Below the pieces are notes generated by a model, which worked only from the letters and a program-made list of their open reading frames with translations, ran no database searches and had not been told where the DNA came from. Shown in pieces: positions 37,579 to 37,784 of a stretch of DNA of 37,784 bases. The first letter of the stretch is position 1, and each line of letters opens with the position of its first letter. The stretch spans positions 1-37,784 of the forward strand of contig CANCOG010000001.1 of the NCBI GenBank assembly GCA_947379685.1, read 5' to 3'. Source of the DNA: Flavipsychrobacter stenotrophus. Lineage in GTDB: Bacteria; Bacteroidota; Bacteroidia; Chitinophagales; Chitinophagaceae. The translations under genes were made by a program, and so were the position numbers.

Positions 37579-37784
37579 GTTTCGTTTTGAACTACAGGTT
37601 TCGCGCGAAGGCGCAAAGCCGCGGTTTCAACGAAACATCACAACCTATGCCTAAGAGCTATATTAAGACGCAAAGGCCAAATTACACTGTAACTTCTGAT
37701 CGATGTACCGGCCGTCACCTTAGCGTCTTTGCCCCTGCGAATGGGGGCCTGCTTGCTCAATAATATGTTCACTGCGTCTTAGCG
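37579..37784. repeat. Multi-hairpin repeat element built on (G/A)CGCAAAG and CTT(A/T)GCG units, truncated by the window edge
   Basis: CGCGAAGGCGCAAAG, AAGACGCAAAGG...CCTTAGCGTCTT and CTGCGTCTTAGCG. Confidence 0.55.

Noticed and set aside
1-37784. CRISPR arrays, rRNA/tRNA genes, transposases, integrases, prophage genes
   Set aside because: No regularly spaced repeats, cloverleafs or mobile-element protein motifs were found by reading the sequence.

Overview
This is a Bacteroidota chromosomal segment, probably Chitinophagales-like. That is inferred from TAnnTTTG -7 promoters, the lack of obvious Shine-Dalgarno sites, T9SS cargo proteins and signal peptides followed by Gln. The left 9.3 kb is a complete alternative complex III operon (actA-B-C-D-E-F) running into the 5' end of cytochrome c oxidase subunit II, which the ORF track missed. 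The middle is mostly housekeeping (lysA, aspC, panE, fbaB, tsaE, lspA, zapA, tsaC, a GT9) with a sensor kinase, an M14 peptidase, two T9SS-secreted proteins and three tandem DUF1573 genes. The right end holds rpiB and tatC. Best candidates for undescribed biology: (i) a cluster of a Cys-rich receiver, a membrane-anchored CPC thioredoxin-fold protein and a His-rich 6-TM/PAS histidine kinase (possible redox or metal sensing); (ii) an orphan protein built from two tandem GldN/PorN-like domains; (iii) a ParB/Srx-like plus HAD_SAK-like gene pair; (iv) several structured or repetitive intergenic elements. No rRNA, tRNA, CRISPR array or transposase was seen. Family assignments come from motif recognition, not database searches.
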